Positions 1 to 12,080 are shown, numbered from the whole stretch's first letter. The stretch: DNA of 58,998 bases, filler included, from Sphacelaria rigidula (GCA_964200075.2; 10 parts of 10 records of this genome joined end to end with filler, not necessarily neighbours in it); one strand, 5' to 3'. Numbers and translations are program-made. The notes: generated by a model not told the origin, from the letters alone.

Positions 1-43
<43 letters not shown>
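1..43. repeat. (CA)n microsatellite at contig start
   Basis: About 21 CA units read directly. Confidence 0.95.
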
Positions 44-45
<2 letters not shown>

Positions 46-706
46 CTCCCCCCAGAAAAGTGGCTGATTTGAGGAGACAAATCTACGTGTTGATCAACAT
101 GACAAGAGTCGAGCACACGGAGCAGCTGAGAACTCCCACCCTTGAGATCGTTTTTGCCCATGTCGCCCATATGAGAGGGTTCATGCAGTCTAAGACCAGC
201 TATCACGTGCTATGACCGACCGTTCTCTTTGTGACAGTTTTAGGGCTGGCCCTGGGGGGGGGGAGGGGGCGGGGGGGTCGCGGCATTACTCTGAGATGAC
301 TGCTGGTGTGCGTCTGGTGTGCGGTCAACGCCACCCTCAACCCCGTCCTTCACCTTCACCTTCACCTTCCCCTGGCCGCATGTCTTCGTTCCCGTGTTGA
401 TTTGATCGATTCTCACTCCTCGATTCACACCGTTTTTTCTTCTTTTTTTTCCCTGCCGCCCCCCGGCAACCTAAGGCGTGACCAACGAGCGAGGTGAAAA
501 CACTCCGCGCCCTGGATGATGACTGACGATAGACAAGCATTGTCGAAAAAGTGTACTCTTTATAGTGTCAAATGTATTGTCCACTATTGGCGTAGATAAT
601 AGTTCTCGATACCGTACGCAATACACTTCTTGGCAATTTTGTATGTTGCCATTATCCAGGTGTGAACCACTCATCTCCCGCTGCTTCTGCTGTGTCTCGT
701 ACAAAC

Positions 707-739
<33 letters not shown>

Positions 740-840
740 CGTTGAAAATAAATAAATAATTTCGACCTTCTGTACGTACATACCCTTCCCAGAGCATATC
801 AGAGTGTTCGGGACAGGGCTCGATATTTCTCTGAACCATA

Positions 841-1164
841 CTGGAATATCCCGCACGTCGGACAGCTCATGAGGCACCTGAATGCTACTTACTGTTAGTG
901 TACTGATCTAGATCATGAGCTATCTGAACGCTACTTATTATCATTGTACTGATCTAGATCATGAGCTACCTCAGTTGCCCCCTTTTACCTTATTTCCTTC
1001 CCTGTAGCGCTGGACGCCGAGCTCGCGAAGTATCGCAAAAGTACCGCTTTGGCTTCTATGACCCCTCCGTCATGCACTTGGTGTTCTTGTACAAGGAATC
1101 CGAGAGTCACCTTCGACTTGCTTTCTGAGGTAGCTCATGAGCGGTCGACGTGTGGAATATTCGG
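841..1164. mobile_element. MITE with ~30-bp TIRs and TA TSD (Tc1/mariner-type)
   Basis: Left end CTGGAATATCCCGCACGTCGGACAGCTCATGAG; reverse complement of right end CCGAATATTCCACACGTCGACCGCTCATGAG. TA at 839-840 and 1165-1166. Inverted relative at ~15120-15345; TIR-like fragment at ~11548-11572. Confidence 0.7.
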
Positions 1165-1763
1165 TATACATTTCATATATTCGGTATGGTCAAGTATGCC
1201 AAGCAATGCCTCTCCCTCCGCCCACTTTCGGGTATCACCCTACAGAACACTACCTTGGAAATACCTGTGAAGCCTGCGAGTGTTGTCATTTTCCAAACTG
1301 ACTCCAGGGGAAAATTTAACTCACCCCACCCCAGCGTGTCGTTCGTTGGTGATACGTATTACCCCAGATTGAGCCCTTTATGTCGTATCGTGTGTGTGTA
1401 ATGCGAAAGGGGACGTGAAATAGTTGCCACACTTGAGCTGTTCTTGATTTTTTTGTTCGCTTTTTTTTTTTCTTATCGTCCCATTTTCATTATTTTGTCT
1501 CGGTAAGGGCGTGTCTTAGAGCTCATTATTTTTCGATCGAAAATGTGCGGTGGGAAAGGAAAGGGCTTATCCGATGGGTCGTGATTATTAACGATCTATC
1601 GGATCGGAAATTCTCGCGATCCATCACAATTTTTCGATCGACAAATTATGTGCGAAGGCACGTGCATAAGGAAAAAAGTGGGTTGATTTCAAAAGCGAAG
1701 TGTGACTTCACGAAAGCTTCAAAAGGTTTAGCGGGGGCCTGATAATGATGGGGGAGAAAGCAC

Positions 1764-1959
1764 CAGGGGTCTACACGTTACACGTGCCACAACGTTACAC
1801 GTTCTGTTTTGGCCGAAAACGTAACATGAACGTTATTTTTTTTTTCTCACGTGATGGACGTAACGTTGAATTTTTAAATGAAACGTGATGCGAAGGTTCA
1901 AATTTACAAACGTGATGAACGTAACTTGTAACGTGTAACGTGTAACGTGTATAACCCTA
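1764..1959. mobile_element. hAT-type MITE with AACGT-rich subterminal repeats
   Basis: TIRs CAGGGGTCTACACGTTACACG and (rc) TAGGGTTATACACGTTACACG. The 8-bp flanks GAAAGCAC and GAAAGAAT match 6/8, consistent with a decayed 8-bp TSD. Confidence 0.65.
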
Positions 1960-2038
1960 GAAAGAATGAAGTGATCATGAATGAGTCAACGTTTTGTTGT
2001 GTTTGATTTTTGTCGTTTGTTGTTGTTGTTCCCGGCAG

Positions 2039-4875
2039 TCATACGTGCTGGGCTCTGAGCCATCTTTGCGACGGGCTGTCTACGCACATACGAGCGGTCG
2101 TGGACGCCGATATCTGCTGGCGGCTGGTGGAGTTGCTCATGCACCGAAGGTATGGGGATGTCAAAGACATCAAAGTGTCCACGTGTCTGATTGGGTGGTG
2201 GTGGCACCAGAGCCGATTGGAGGAAAACATGTCCTACGCATATGCTGACGAGCACTTGACCCTGTGAGCTCCTCTCCGTCCTTCCCCCCCCACCCCCCCA
2301 AAAAAAAGGAGACCCGAATGTATGCATGGAGCTTTTTGACCACTCGAGTGTACACGAGGATTGGTGGAAAGATCGCAACATCTCAGTCAAAATGCAGGTG
2401 GATGGGGTATAACGCGGTGAATATGTAACAGAACCCTTGCTGCCTTCCGCGCGCGCGTGTATGCTCTCCCTCATTTTTTTTCTCCCAATACATGTATGTT
2501 CATTCATGGTTGGCTCTTTCTACAGCTGGCGAGTAACGAAGCCTGCGTTACGCACTATCGGCAACATGGTGTGTGCGGAGGACGACACGGACTACACGCA
2601 GCACATTATTGACGCCGGGGCGGTGCCCTGCCTGCAGAGACTCATCGCACACAGCAACCGGGAGATCCAGAAGGAGGTGCGTATGTCATACTCCAATGTG
2701 TTTGTATGTCATGCTCCAATGTGCTTGTGTGGTACACTCTAATGTGTGTTTGTGTGGGCGCGCGTGTGCTGTATACATCTGTGTGTGTGCACATGTGTTT
2801 CGTTATGTATTGGTTTGTGCCTCTGCTCGCGCCGTGTGTGTGTGGTTTCCAGTCTTCCGGTCTTCCTGTCTTCCCGTTGTCCGTGTGTCGTCTTTGTTCC
2901 GTGATCCGCGGGCTGGCTTTCAGTTCACCTGACTGACTTTTTTTCCAGTGTTTTTCTCGCAGATTTTTTTCTTTTACCCTTTTCTCTCTTCCCCCCCCCC
3001 CCCGTCAATCGATGTCGGTTTGCACGATGGTTACAAAAAAGCTCGTTGAGTGTACTTCGTTCAGGTTGTGTTGTTGGTATTGTTGTTGTTGGTTTTGCCT
3101 TGTGCTTTCTAGTGTTTGCTTTTGGCTTGCCGAACACGGGGTGAGTGTAACACCCACTGCCACGTGTTGACCCAGTATTCTATATGCTTGAATGTCATCA
3201 TGTTCCTCCCCTATTTTTGAAATATTGATACATTCTGCTTTTTTTCTGCGCGCGCGCGCGCGCGTGAAAACATTTTTTGTTGTCTCGTCTATCTGTATGT
3301 GTGTCTACAGGCTTGCTGGACGCTGTCCAACATCGCAGCGGGCACTGTGGAACAGATCCAGACCGTGTTGGACAGCGGAGCATTGCCCTCCCTCGTGCAA
3401 CTTGCCTCGTCTCATCCGGCAGACCCCACAGGTACGATACCGTAGGTTACGGTAATGGAGGTTACGGTGCCAAAGATTACGGTGCCAAAGGTTACGATGC
3501 ATGGTGCCTCCCCCCCCCCCCCCCCGGATGATGAGATTCGGCAAAAACCCATTTGATGTCGGCTGAATAGGCTCTTGGCTGATCGGTTCTTCGGCTGGTG
3601 AGGTGGTTGATTCATTGGTTGAATGATTGTCACCACTCGTGAGTTGGTTGATTTTTTGGTTGAATAATCGTCAACTCTTCCTTATCGATAGTTTTTTCTC
3701 GTTCCACTGTTCCTATTCGTTGCATGCACGAATACGCGAGGTACTCGGGATATATTCGGTGGGGTTGACAGTCCCGAGTGCTTTCTTCCTAGCGTGCGCG
3801 AGGACGCGTTTTCTTTGTTCAAATTGGCGCCTTGGGAGCCGATCTGAGATCTGCCAGCGCACTCTTTACCTACTGAAGGGTGCCCTTTGCACCCCCGCCC
3901 CCCTTGCCCGAGGCGTTCTCGGTATGCCCTGGGTTAGCGCTAGCGTTAGCGTCAGCGCTAGCGTAATTTTGAAAGGTTTTCAAGGGCAGGTCGAGTAGAG
4001 TATACTCAATCGCGGGAGATATTGAAAGTCGCACTTGAAATACACAGATGGGGGGTAGGGTTTTGGGGATCAGTTTCCAGTTATTTTTGGGTACGACTCC
4101 TAACACTCTACCCTAATTTGAGTACTTCAGGTGCGCCTTTCAAAATACCCCGCAATTGAGTATACTTTACTCGACCTACCCTCGAAGTTTTTTCACCATG
4201 GACAATTTGGAGGCGAGCTGCGGTAAACCCACCTCCTTGCCGTACACGGAGCTGCGAATTGTGCACACCTATGACACCGCGATACCAGCACAGGAGTCAC
4301 GGCTGTAACCGTCAGTACTGTGGCGTTTGACAGTGAACAACAGCCCATGGCCGACGCCTGAAGACAAAAAATATCTTCATCACGTGGCCCGGTTTATGGG
4401 GGTTACGATATCTCAGGCTGAGATCACCTGAACTTCTGGGGGCACGGAAAAATTGAGCAATAAGCCCAAAAGTGTTGAGGTATCGGACGGATTCTCCTTC
4501 TCATGCGCGAGGACTGGTAGAAGTAAATCGGGTGGAGCATTAAAATTTTGTGTCCAGATCACCTGCTATAGAGGGTTGATTTTCATTGATGGATTGAGTA
4601 GTTGATTGACTTGAGTAACTGATGAGTTGATTGGCTGGTTGATCGCTTGTACGAACTGTCGGCCCGCTTTTTTTTTTTCAGATCCCGATGGCGGAGGAGC
4701 TGATCCGGAGGTTCGAAGCGAGGCGAGCTGGGCAGTGTTGAACGCCACGAGCTGCGGGTCGGATCATCAGATCGAATATTTGGTCCAGGAGGGAGGCATC
4801 AAGGTGCTGGGAGAGCTGCTCAAACAGAGCAGCATGGTCATGATGGCTCTCGAGGGTTTGGAGCGAATTCTCCAG
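2039..4875 (+). CDS. Importin subunit alpha (karyopherin alpha), internal fragment; exons 2039-2149, 2526-2676, 3311-3431, 4682-4875
   Basis: Every exon has AG/GT boundaries with compatible phases. Translation gives ARM-repeat signatures [12 protein letters not shown]...[52 protein letters not shown] and [10 protein letters not shown]. The 5' and 3' exons were not found on this contig. Confidence 0.93.
3970..4195. mobile_element. Fold-back MITE with ~65-75 bp inverted arms in importin intron 3
   Basis: TCAAGGGCAGGTCGAGTAGAGTATACTCAATCGCGGG...GAAATAC pairs with GTACTTCAGG...GAGTATACTTTACTCGACCTACCCTCGA. The arm core is shared with the element at 10869-11280. Confidence 0.7.
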
Positions 4876-4954
4876 GTCCGTTTTCTCCTGGTGTTTCGTG
4901 TTTCGTGTTTCGTGTTTCGTGTTTCGTGTGTATGTCGATCAAAACCCAGTGGAG

Positions 4955-5243
4955 AACGTTCGTCCAGTGCTGTGCCGTGGCTGTCTCTGGGAGTGGCGAT
5001 ACCAGAAGATGAAGGAACTCGTTCGAGGCTGTGCACATGCAAGATATTTGGTACGCTTCGGGTCGAACAACCCCTCATGCAACTCGCCGAACACATCACG
5101 GCGCTTCGCGCTTGGTGATTGAGTGCGAGCCTGGTCCGGCGAAAACCCGGCGTGCTCCCCGTCCCGGCTTTGTAGGGGTACGAGGTCAACGGTAATGCAA
5201 CTATAGTATGCGAGGTCATGAGTACACCCCCCCCCCCCCCCCC
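4955..5243 (+). mobile_element. Non-LTR retroelement 3' fragment or SINE ending ATGAGTACA-(C)17
   Basis: Reverse-strand copy at ~20712-21005; partial copies at ~21248-21281 (-) and ~29385-29451 (+). The terminal ~60 nt resemble the 3' end of the LINE at 50338-51582. Confidence 0.7.
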
Positions 5244-5741
5244 ATCTCCCGGTGGGTTCCACTACTCGTATAAGGGCAAGTGAGGATTGATGTGAACCCT
5301 GGTTGGTTTCACTTCCCCTGTACGTCCTGTATCACTTTTTGTCATCCGCCCCCTGGAAAGTGGATAAGCGTTGGTGGTGAAAATTGTAATGCGTATAGTA
5401 TCGAATGTGACAGCATGTCTACTGCGAATTTAGGCAAAAAATTCGATACTGTACGTAGTAAGTTTTTTTTTTCCCTCACGCTTAGAACCCATCTCTCCCC
5501 CGGTTCGTGCCTTTCCTTTTGGTCTCGCGGATGGGGTCAGCACTCCCGCACCGCGTCAACTCACGTCACCCAAACCCAGTCGACTACTTTTGTTTACTCA
5601 CGTTCTCACGCTGTCCACGGTGGAAATCATACGTTACGAAGAAAAAACCCCTACGCATCGGGGATCGAACCGCCGTTCTCTCCACCCTAATGGCGACAGT
5701 CGGACCATGACATCACTAATATATTGTCGTTCTTTACAGCT

Positions 5742-5811
5742 GGGGGGGGGGGGGGGCGTACTCATTTGTTGCTTTCCTTAGCCATTTAACCATTGACCAC
5801 CCATCCCTTGG
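5742..5811 (-). mobile_element. LINE 3' end with (C)15 tail, cut by contig end
   Basis: Reverse complement AAGGGATGGGTGGTCAATGG...AAGGAAAGCAACAAATGAGTACG(C)15 matches 51509-51562. Confidence 0.8.
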
Positions 5812-5911
5812 NNNNNNNNNNNNNNNNNNNNNNNNNNNNNNNNNNNNNNNNNNNNTTAATTAATTAANNNNNNNNNNNNNNNNNNNNNNNNNNNNNNNNN
5901 NNNNNNNNNNN
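5812..5911. other. Synthetic contig-joining spacer (44 N + TTAATTAATTAA + 44 N), repeated at 11722-11821, 17632-17731, 23542-23641, 29452-29551, 35362-35461, 41272-41371, 47181-47280 and 53090-53189
   Basis: The same 100-nt spacer, with stops in all six frames, occurs nine times. Segment lengths are 5811, 6x5810 and 3x5809 bp, i.e. size-sorted contigs. Confidence 0.98.
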
Positions 5912-6084
5912 GAATAGGTTAGTATGAGGGGGGGAGATGAAGTTATGGGGGGGGAAGTCCCTGGCGTGCAGTCGTATAAGGGACAGGAAAGCCCCCCCCC
6001 CCCCCCCCCCAGAACTGTGCTTGTAGATGTGTGATGCTCACTCAGACAGTACCCATGCCTGTGCCGTGTGTTCTCCCACCCCAG

Positions 6085-8127
6085 GACGGTGAAAGTAATT
6101 CTGAGGGAGGATCTGGAGGGGAGGGGTTACAAAGGAGAAGAGATAACGGTCAAGGGGGGCTACATGCGAAACTTGTTATTTCCTGCCCAGAAGGCTGTGT
6201 ACGCTACGGAGGAAAACAGGGCAATCTACCAGTCCGTACAGAAGGTGCAGCTCGTTCGAGGACCCGCTTGTTTTCACCACGATGTGACGTAGTTTGTGCC
6301 TTGGTGGTATTTTTTTTGCTTTTCGATCCCCGTGGTCGTTTTAAGAACCCAACAGCTTTGAGTATTGGCCTGTAATGTGTTGTGCTAGTAAAGCATAAAT
6401 TGTTGCGCTCCTTTTTTCTTCGGCGCTCTTAGCAGTACTCTGATAACAACCTCCCTGACTCAAGGAAGCCCTGGCGAGGGCTTGTTGGGGTGCTTTCGGA
6501 ACCGGTGATAAATGTTAGCCTGGCGTCTTTGTCTCTTCTTCTTTTTCTTTCCTTCAGCTAATCACGTTTTTTTGTTTCTTCATCCTGATTTGCCCTTCAT
6601 CTCGAGTTGCCTTGATCAAGTACAATCGTTCTTATACTTCGCGTACGTCCATTTCGTAGCCGCGGCTGGATTCGTAGGGGATCAGACCAAGTGCGATAAT
6701 CAACCGAGCAATCTGAGCGCCACCTGGGCTGATTTTGTGCGACAGGTGCCACTGTAGTGTGCCACAAATTAGAGCTACTGTGGATATAATGAACCATTTT
6801 GTATTTGTCCCGAATAGATATCCATGCGTTTTTTTTTTCTTTTTCTTTCAATGCTTCTACGAGGTAGATCGAGGTAGGTTCTCGGCGTTTTTTTTACATT
6901 CCCAGCCTTTACGTCAGTCCAGAGTGGCGCCAGTCATGCTGCACCCGCATAGTCTGGAGAATACTGGCCGGTGCTTTGATCCAAAAACTCAGTCGACACA
7001 TGCGTATTGCAGAATCCGTCGTTTCCAGCGCCACGATCCGCGGCTAGGCATGTCGTCTGTTCTGCTACCCGTCCTTATTGCCCTTTACCGCCGTTTGTTC
7101 GCACTAACACCTCTTCGTGTGTGTCTGTGCGTGTCTGTGTGTTTTGTGGATTAGACGGAGGACTCGGCGAAAATCAATGCGCTGAAAGCACTGAAGCGCG
7201 GCCGGAGCACGCTTTCCAAGGTCCCGATTGTCTTCAAGCGCCACGTAGAACGCGCTGGGGCGCCGACGAGAGAAGTCACGTGAGTGAAGAAATTGATCGC
7301 GTGGAGATGTCTGAGAACATTGCCAAGCGATCATCAGTATTAACCCTTCTCCCGCCAAAAAGTACATCCGGACGAAAAAGTTGTGCACGCGTACCCCCAG
7401 CACTGTACGTGCATGCCATATATACTCAACACACGCGTTTGGTGGTCGCGAGTCTGTCTGCCTTGGGTAACGGTGGAACTGCTGGCTCCGCCTGCTATCT
7501 TTTTTCGTTTTTTGATGGCAAGGTTGCCATCCGTTCTGCCATTGCTCGTGTCATTCTTTGCGACTGCACGGTTATCTGCATGGTTGAGACCTGAAATAGC
7601 GCCAGATCAGCACGCTGTGAAACCTGCAGTCTACAATGGTGGCCTCACAGCAAAGTCGGCCGAACATACACTGGACGCTTCGAATGATGTATTTGCAAGT
7701 ATAAATGGTGAAAAAAAAAAAGTCGCCACTCGTGTACGAGAAATGCCCCGTTTGCTCCGAGTATGGTGTGAAACTTGGGTGCGGTTTGTATCTTGCGAGT
7801 GTGATACAAGTGTGGTGGGTTCTTTGTCTAGTCTCCGGACTCGCTCGGCGTTATCAACTCTAAATTCGTGTCGAAACGTACATCTCAAACCGTCCACGAA
7901 CGAGCAGGGCGCAAAACGTGAGCGACTTCCTCGTGAAATCTAGGCGGCTTCACATCCCGGCGGAAAATATGGAAATGAAACCCATCACGTCTCTTGGGGT
8001 CCACAACATCCGGATTCAAATCGCTTTCACCGACGAAATAAAGGATTTGCTGCGAGAAGAACTCGGCGCCGCGGAGTTTGACGAACAGTCGTGGGTGGAA
8101 ACAACGTTGACGGTCATCAAAAGATGA
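6085..8127 (+). CDS. Ribosomal protein bL9, nucleus-encoded organellar (probably mitochondrial); exons 6085-6244, 7155-7279, 7908-8127 (stop)
   Basis: N-domain motif VKVILREDLEGRGYKGEEITVKGGYMRNLLFP and C-domain motif VTAQNVSDFL...KPITSLGVHNIRI. Splice sites are AG/GT with matching phases. The first exon was not found. Confidence 0.9.
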
Positions 8128-8559
8128 CGGCCCTGCTTGAGTCCTTCATCGTTTGGTTGAGAGACGAAAGATACGGAAAAAATAGAGCGGCTACTGTTGG
8201 TATGACCTCCTTTCCCGCGCTCTTCACGCGTGCGTTCGTTCAACGGTATACGCGGCAACAGTATCCCATCCATAACATGTACAATGCATTGTTTTGGTTC
8301 GACCACTACTGTGGAGTGCGTACCTTCGGCATCTTCTTGTGCATGGTAAGGACTTCGAAGGGTGGAAGGTTTTAGTCGTCCCGTCGAGTGAGGCGGGGGG
8401 GCATCCAAGACCGAGACAGGATATCTTGCCGCTATCGACCGTCTTCTTTTGTAGAGCAGTTGTTCCGATGCAAGGGTAGGTTATATCAGGCGGGCGGTCA
8501 GGTTCGCGTGAGTCCTCTCTTGAGTCATCCCGTCCGTTTTTCGGCCGTTTGCTGTGGTA

Positions 8560-10660
8560 CATAAGTAGAAAGATGCAGTTTTGCAAGTTCTCAACCTTCG
8601 GACAGGAATCAGGCGTTGACGAATTTTCTGTGAGAATATGGTCCTCGTACACAGCGGGTTTGGTTTCCTTCAGGCAGGGTCAGATTGCGGATTGCGCTGC
8701 CATTTTCCAAAAGTCGTTTATGTTTACACGGGCCCTTGATGCGTTGTAGTAGGCGATCTTTAGTAATTTTGTTGTGTTTTCTGAAAATAAAATCTCCGCG
8801 CATTGCCACACGTAGGCAAAGGGTCGAAAAAAACCAGTCGACCCGAAAATGGACGTTCCTCGCCCCTATTCCGAGGGGGGGAAACGTGAAGAATAAAAAG
8901 TTGGTCGTCCTCGCCGGGGCTTTATGCTAGGTAGTCCCGGGCCTTGGTGAAGGCCCCAATATCATATTTTACCACCCTGTCCAATGTTCCCCCCCCCTGC
9001 CGCGCCGGGTACTTGGGACCAACACCGTAGCGCTCGATGAGCGAACCTACAGTGCCCCTCGTTACCCTTGAGCTGGCTGGCGGAATGGGCAGCGCCACCT
9101 CCACCGACATGGCGTAACGGCGGCCCATTGATCCTTCGGCACCCAGGTCATGACCTGGGTGTGTGTGACCGAGAGAGTTCATCGCGGTTGTGGGACGAGC
9201 TGGGCCAGCCTAGAAGCGACTAAAAGTTGCTCACACCACAGCTATCCCAGTCTCCCGAATGAACACGATGTAAGCATATCACTGTGAACTGCAGACCCAC
9301 CTGATGGCAAGGGGCTGCGTCGCTGTTCGATTGGCGTCGTGGTGCAGATGACGTTATTGTACTGCATAGAGTACGGGGTGCGCCTCATATCGTTGAGCGA
9401 TAGCGTGTCGGAGTGTTTTTTTTTCAATGTGGTGGGTTCACGTCGCCAATCACCCCGCACTTGGTATTAGTGGGGTGCAGCAGCGTCACGCAAAACGTTG
9501 CACGTACGGCCCAATTCCATGACTCTTGAGCTAAAAATTCACGAAGACCTTCTGTACCCAAGGAAATAGTACGTCCCGTGAGCAGCTGCAGATTCTTATT
9601 TTTTCCTGAACTTATGACATTATCTTGTTTTTGCTGAAATTCAAATCCCCATAACTTCCTGTTTTTTTTTCTTTGCTGCTCTCGTGATATTCTGCATGTC
9701 GATCATAAAAAGCTGCTGTCAAAATTCTCAGCGTTCAACTCCCAACATCGCGCCGTGCGTCGCCTGAGCGAGAAAACTACCCACTGTTGGCTGGCCCAGC
9801 TCGTACGCAGTGGCCATTTTTACGTCGAAATTCCATATAAAAGCAGACAACTCTTGGAAGAATTGAGACACCACACAAGCTACAAGCTCAGCGGTGCCCC
9901 ATGTCGTGTCAGCAAGGATATTCTCATAACTCCAACCGTGCCACCGTCATCAAAACGAAATTATTACAAAGTGTCGATCAGTCGTACGAGGCTTTTCGGG
10001 AGAGATACACCGCGCCCGACGGTTGTTTGCCGAACGACCCCACAGCTTTCTTGTCTTGTTTATGACCGTGCGTCTCCAGCGATTTGCGTACTTGAAAAAC
10101 ATATTGCTTTCTCCCAGTATCTCAATCGTGGTTGCCGAGGCTCTCTCGAAGAACGATGTTGCCTCATCGGCGTTTCCTGCGGACGTGTCAGGGTCAGGTT
10201 GAGGGTTGAGACTACTAGAGGAACGCAAACGTAAGCATCGCAGTTGGCTATCGCGGGCCCGCAGACTAACGTGACAAATTCAATGTTGACGAATGTAGTG
10301 ACAGGCACGTTCGAAACGAAATAAATACAGGTGAGGTGAACAAGAAGTATCTCGTCAGTGTCACCAGCTCCCAATGAGAGGGTTCCGCCTCTGGGGTTTT
10401 GTGTATTGGCGCATGTAGCACGAAGATACTTGACCATGGCACGAGTACCCTCAGTTCGGTATATACCGTACTTGAAAGGGTATTGAGCGGATATTTTCTT
10501 GTGCCTCGTTGCACGTTTACTGTGAAGGTGTGGACTTTAATCTTCAGCAGAACTGTCAGCATCAAACTTGGTTTGATGACGGATTCGTTGATCAAGGGAT
10601 TCTGTCAACAACACGCGACGATCTGTGGGATTGAAGCACACGACCAAGCAGCAGCTTTCT
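8560..10660 (-). pseudogene. Heavily decayed hAT-like transposase remnant
   Basis: Fragments in different frames occur in hAT order: LTCIYFVSNVPVTTFVNIEF, TQIAGDARS (DxWS-like), HGTAELVACVVSQFFQEL (HTAE-like), ESWNW...LLHP, then SAIRNLTLP...CVR and HILTEN...KVENL (dimerisation-domain-like). Many stops and frameshifts. Confidence 0.5.
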
Positions 10661-10868
10661 ACTAGGTCTCCGCTCTCGCGTTCTTAGGTGAACGATCCCC
10701 GCGCCATTGAGAACGAGTGTCTTCGAATATGTCACTCTTGTTGCCCGATGTCCACCATTTACCGAGACGTTGTTCAGAAGCAAACATAAAAAAGTACCAC
10801 CCACACTTCGCTTCTTTCCCGTCGACGGAATTTAGGGGCGGGACATTTCGTTCTGTGGACACCCATGA

Positions 10869-11280
10869 TGAATATTCCAAGGGCAGGTCGAGTAGAGTAT
10901 GTACTATTGATGGAGTAATCGAGTAAAATTCCCGAGTATAGAGCATCACTTCGGTATGACCTCAATACTCTTTTACTCAAATTTTGAGTCGGTTGAGTAC
11001 GCGGCCTCAAATATACTCTACGCAATGTTTGAGTAGATCGAGTACGATCTCCAAATAATCTACTCAAATATTGAGGAAGCACTCCCAATAAAGTATTGAG
11101 TATCACTTGGGTATGACCTCAATACTCAAATACTCCAATTTTGTGTAGGACGAGTACGGCCTCAAATACTCTACTCAAAATTTGAGTACTAATCGTATTA
11201 TAAAAGTATGACTCTCCTTGGACTCTTCGAAAATACTGAGTATTGAGTATGCTTTACTCGACGTGCCCTTGGAATATTCA
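10869..11280. mobile_element. MITE with ~31-bp TIRs and internal GAGTA/TACTC repeats
   Basis: TGAATATTCCAAGGGCAGGTCGAGTAGAGTA versus rc of right end TGAATATTCCAAGGGCACGTCGAGTAAAGCA. No clear TSD. Confidence 0.7.
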
Positions 11281-11565
11281 ATCGCTGTACACAACGCCCA
11301 GACAGTAATAGTTGGTCCAGGTAAAGTCGTGGAGTACTGCTATGAGATAGCCTTGTGCGACCTCCACGTTATTCGTGTTGTACTGTTGATTTACCGTTTC
11401 ATTTGTGCTCTGTTTGATCACGTATGTTCCCTGTATACAACGAGGGAACCATTTTTTGAGAACCCCTCCCCAGTCTTGGGCCGTTTCTTCCCGTTCGTAT
11501 TTTGTTTGGCTCGTATTTTCCACTTGTAGGACATTTGACAAGGTTTCACACGTCGGACAACTCGT

Positions 11566-11721
11566 GAGTTAACTTAGTTATGCTCTATAACTCACCTGGC
11601 TAGAATGTGCATAACTGAGTTATAGGTTAGTTCTCACCCGGCCAGAATGTCCATAACTGAGTTATAGTTCATCACTCACCCGGACAGAATGTGCATAACT
11701 GAGTTATGTATTATAACCCAT
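11566..11721. repeat. Minisatellite with ~41-43 bp unit (CTCACCCGGCCAGAATGTGCATAACTGAGTTATAG...)
   Basis: At least three tandem diverged units running to the contig end. Confidence 0.8.
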
Positions 11722-11854
11722 NNNNNNNNNNNNNNNNNNNNNNNNNNNNNNNNNNNNNNNNNNNNTTAATTAATTAANNNNNNNNNNNNNNNNNNNNNNN
11801 NNNNNNNNNNNNNNNNNNNNNGTAAGTCTTGTATTGTTTGGTGTGGGGTGGTGT

Positions 11855-11887
<33 letters not shown>

Positions 11888-11960
11888 CTGGGTACTCATT
11901 TGTTGATCTCCTTAGTCGTTTGGCCCTTACCGCGCATCCCTTTCAAGACGGAGCACGGTC
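11855..11960 (-). mobile_element. LINE 3'-end fragment with (C)32 tail
   Basis: Reverse complement GTGCTCCGTCTTGAAAGGGATGCGCGG...AAGGAGATCAACAAATGAGTACCCAGA(C)32 aligns with 51496-51562. Confidence 0.75.
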
Positions 11961-12080
11961 GGGGGAGTTCGACGTTTTCTTTTCGCTTCGTTCCATTTGT
12001 TTTTCCCTTTTGGGGGTGCATGCATGCGGCCACCTCCGTGATTTGAGCGCGGCTGGGTTATGATATATTCCGAGGACCAG

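Noticed and set aside
1008..1129. Apparent extra importin exon after a polypyrimidine tract and TAG
   Set aside because: It lies inside the 841-1164 MITE, recurs inverted near 15150-15280, and no frame resembles an ARM repeat.
5856..5867. TTAATTAATTAA recurring every ~5.9 kb as a periodic biological signal
   Set aside because: It is a synthetic six-frame-stop linker inside N spacers joining size-sorted contigs.
11566..11721. CRISPR-like array
   Set aside because: Tandem units without unique spacers, eukaryotic context and no cas genes; it is a minisatellite.
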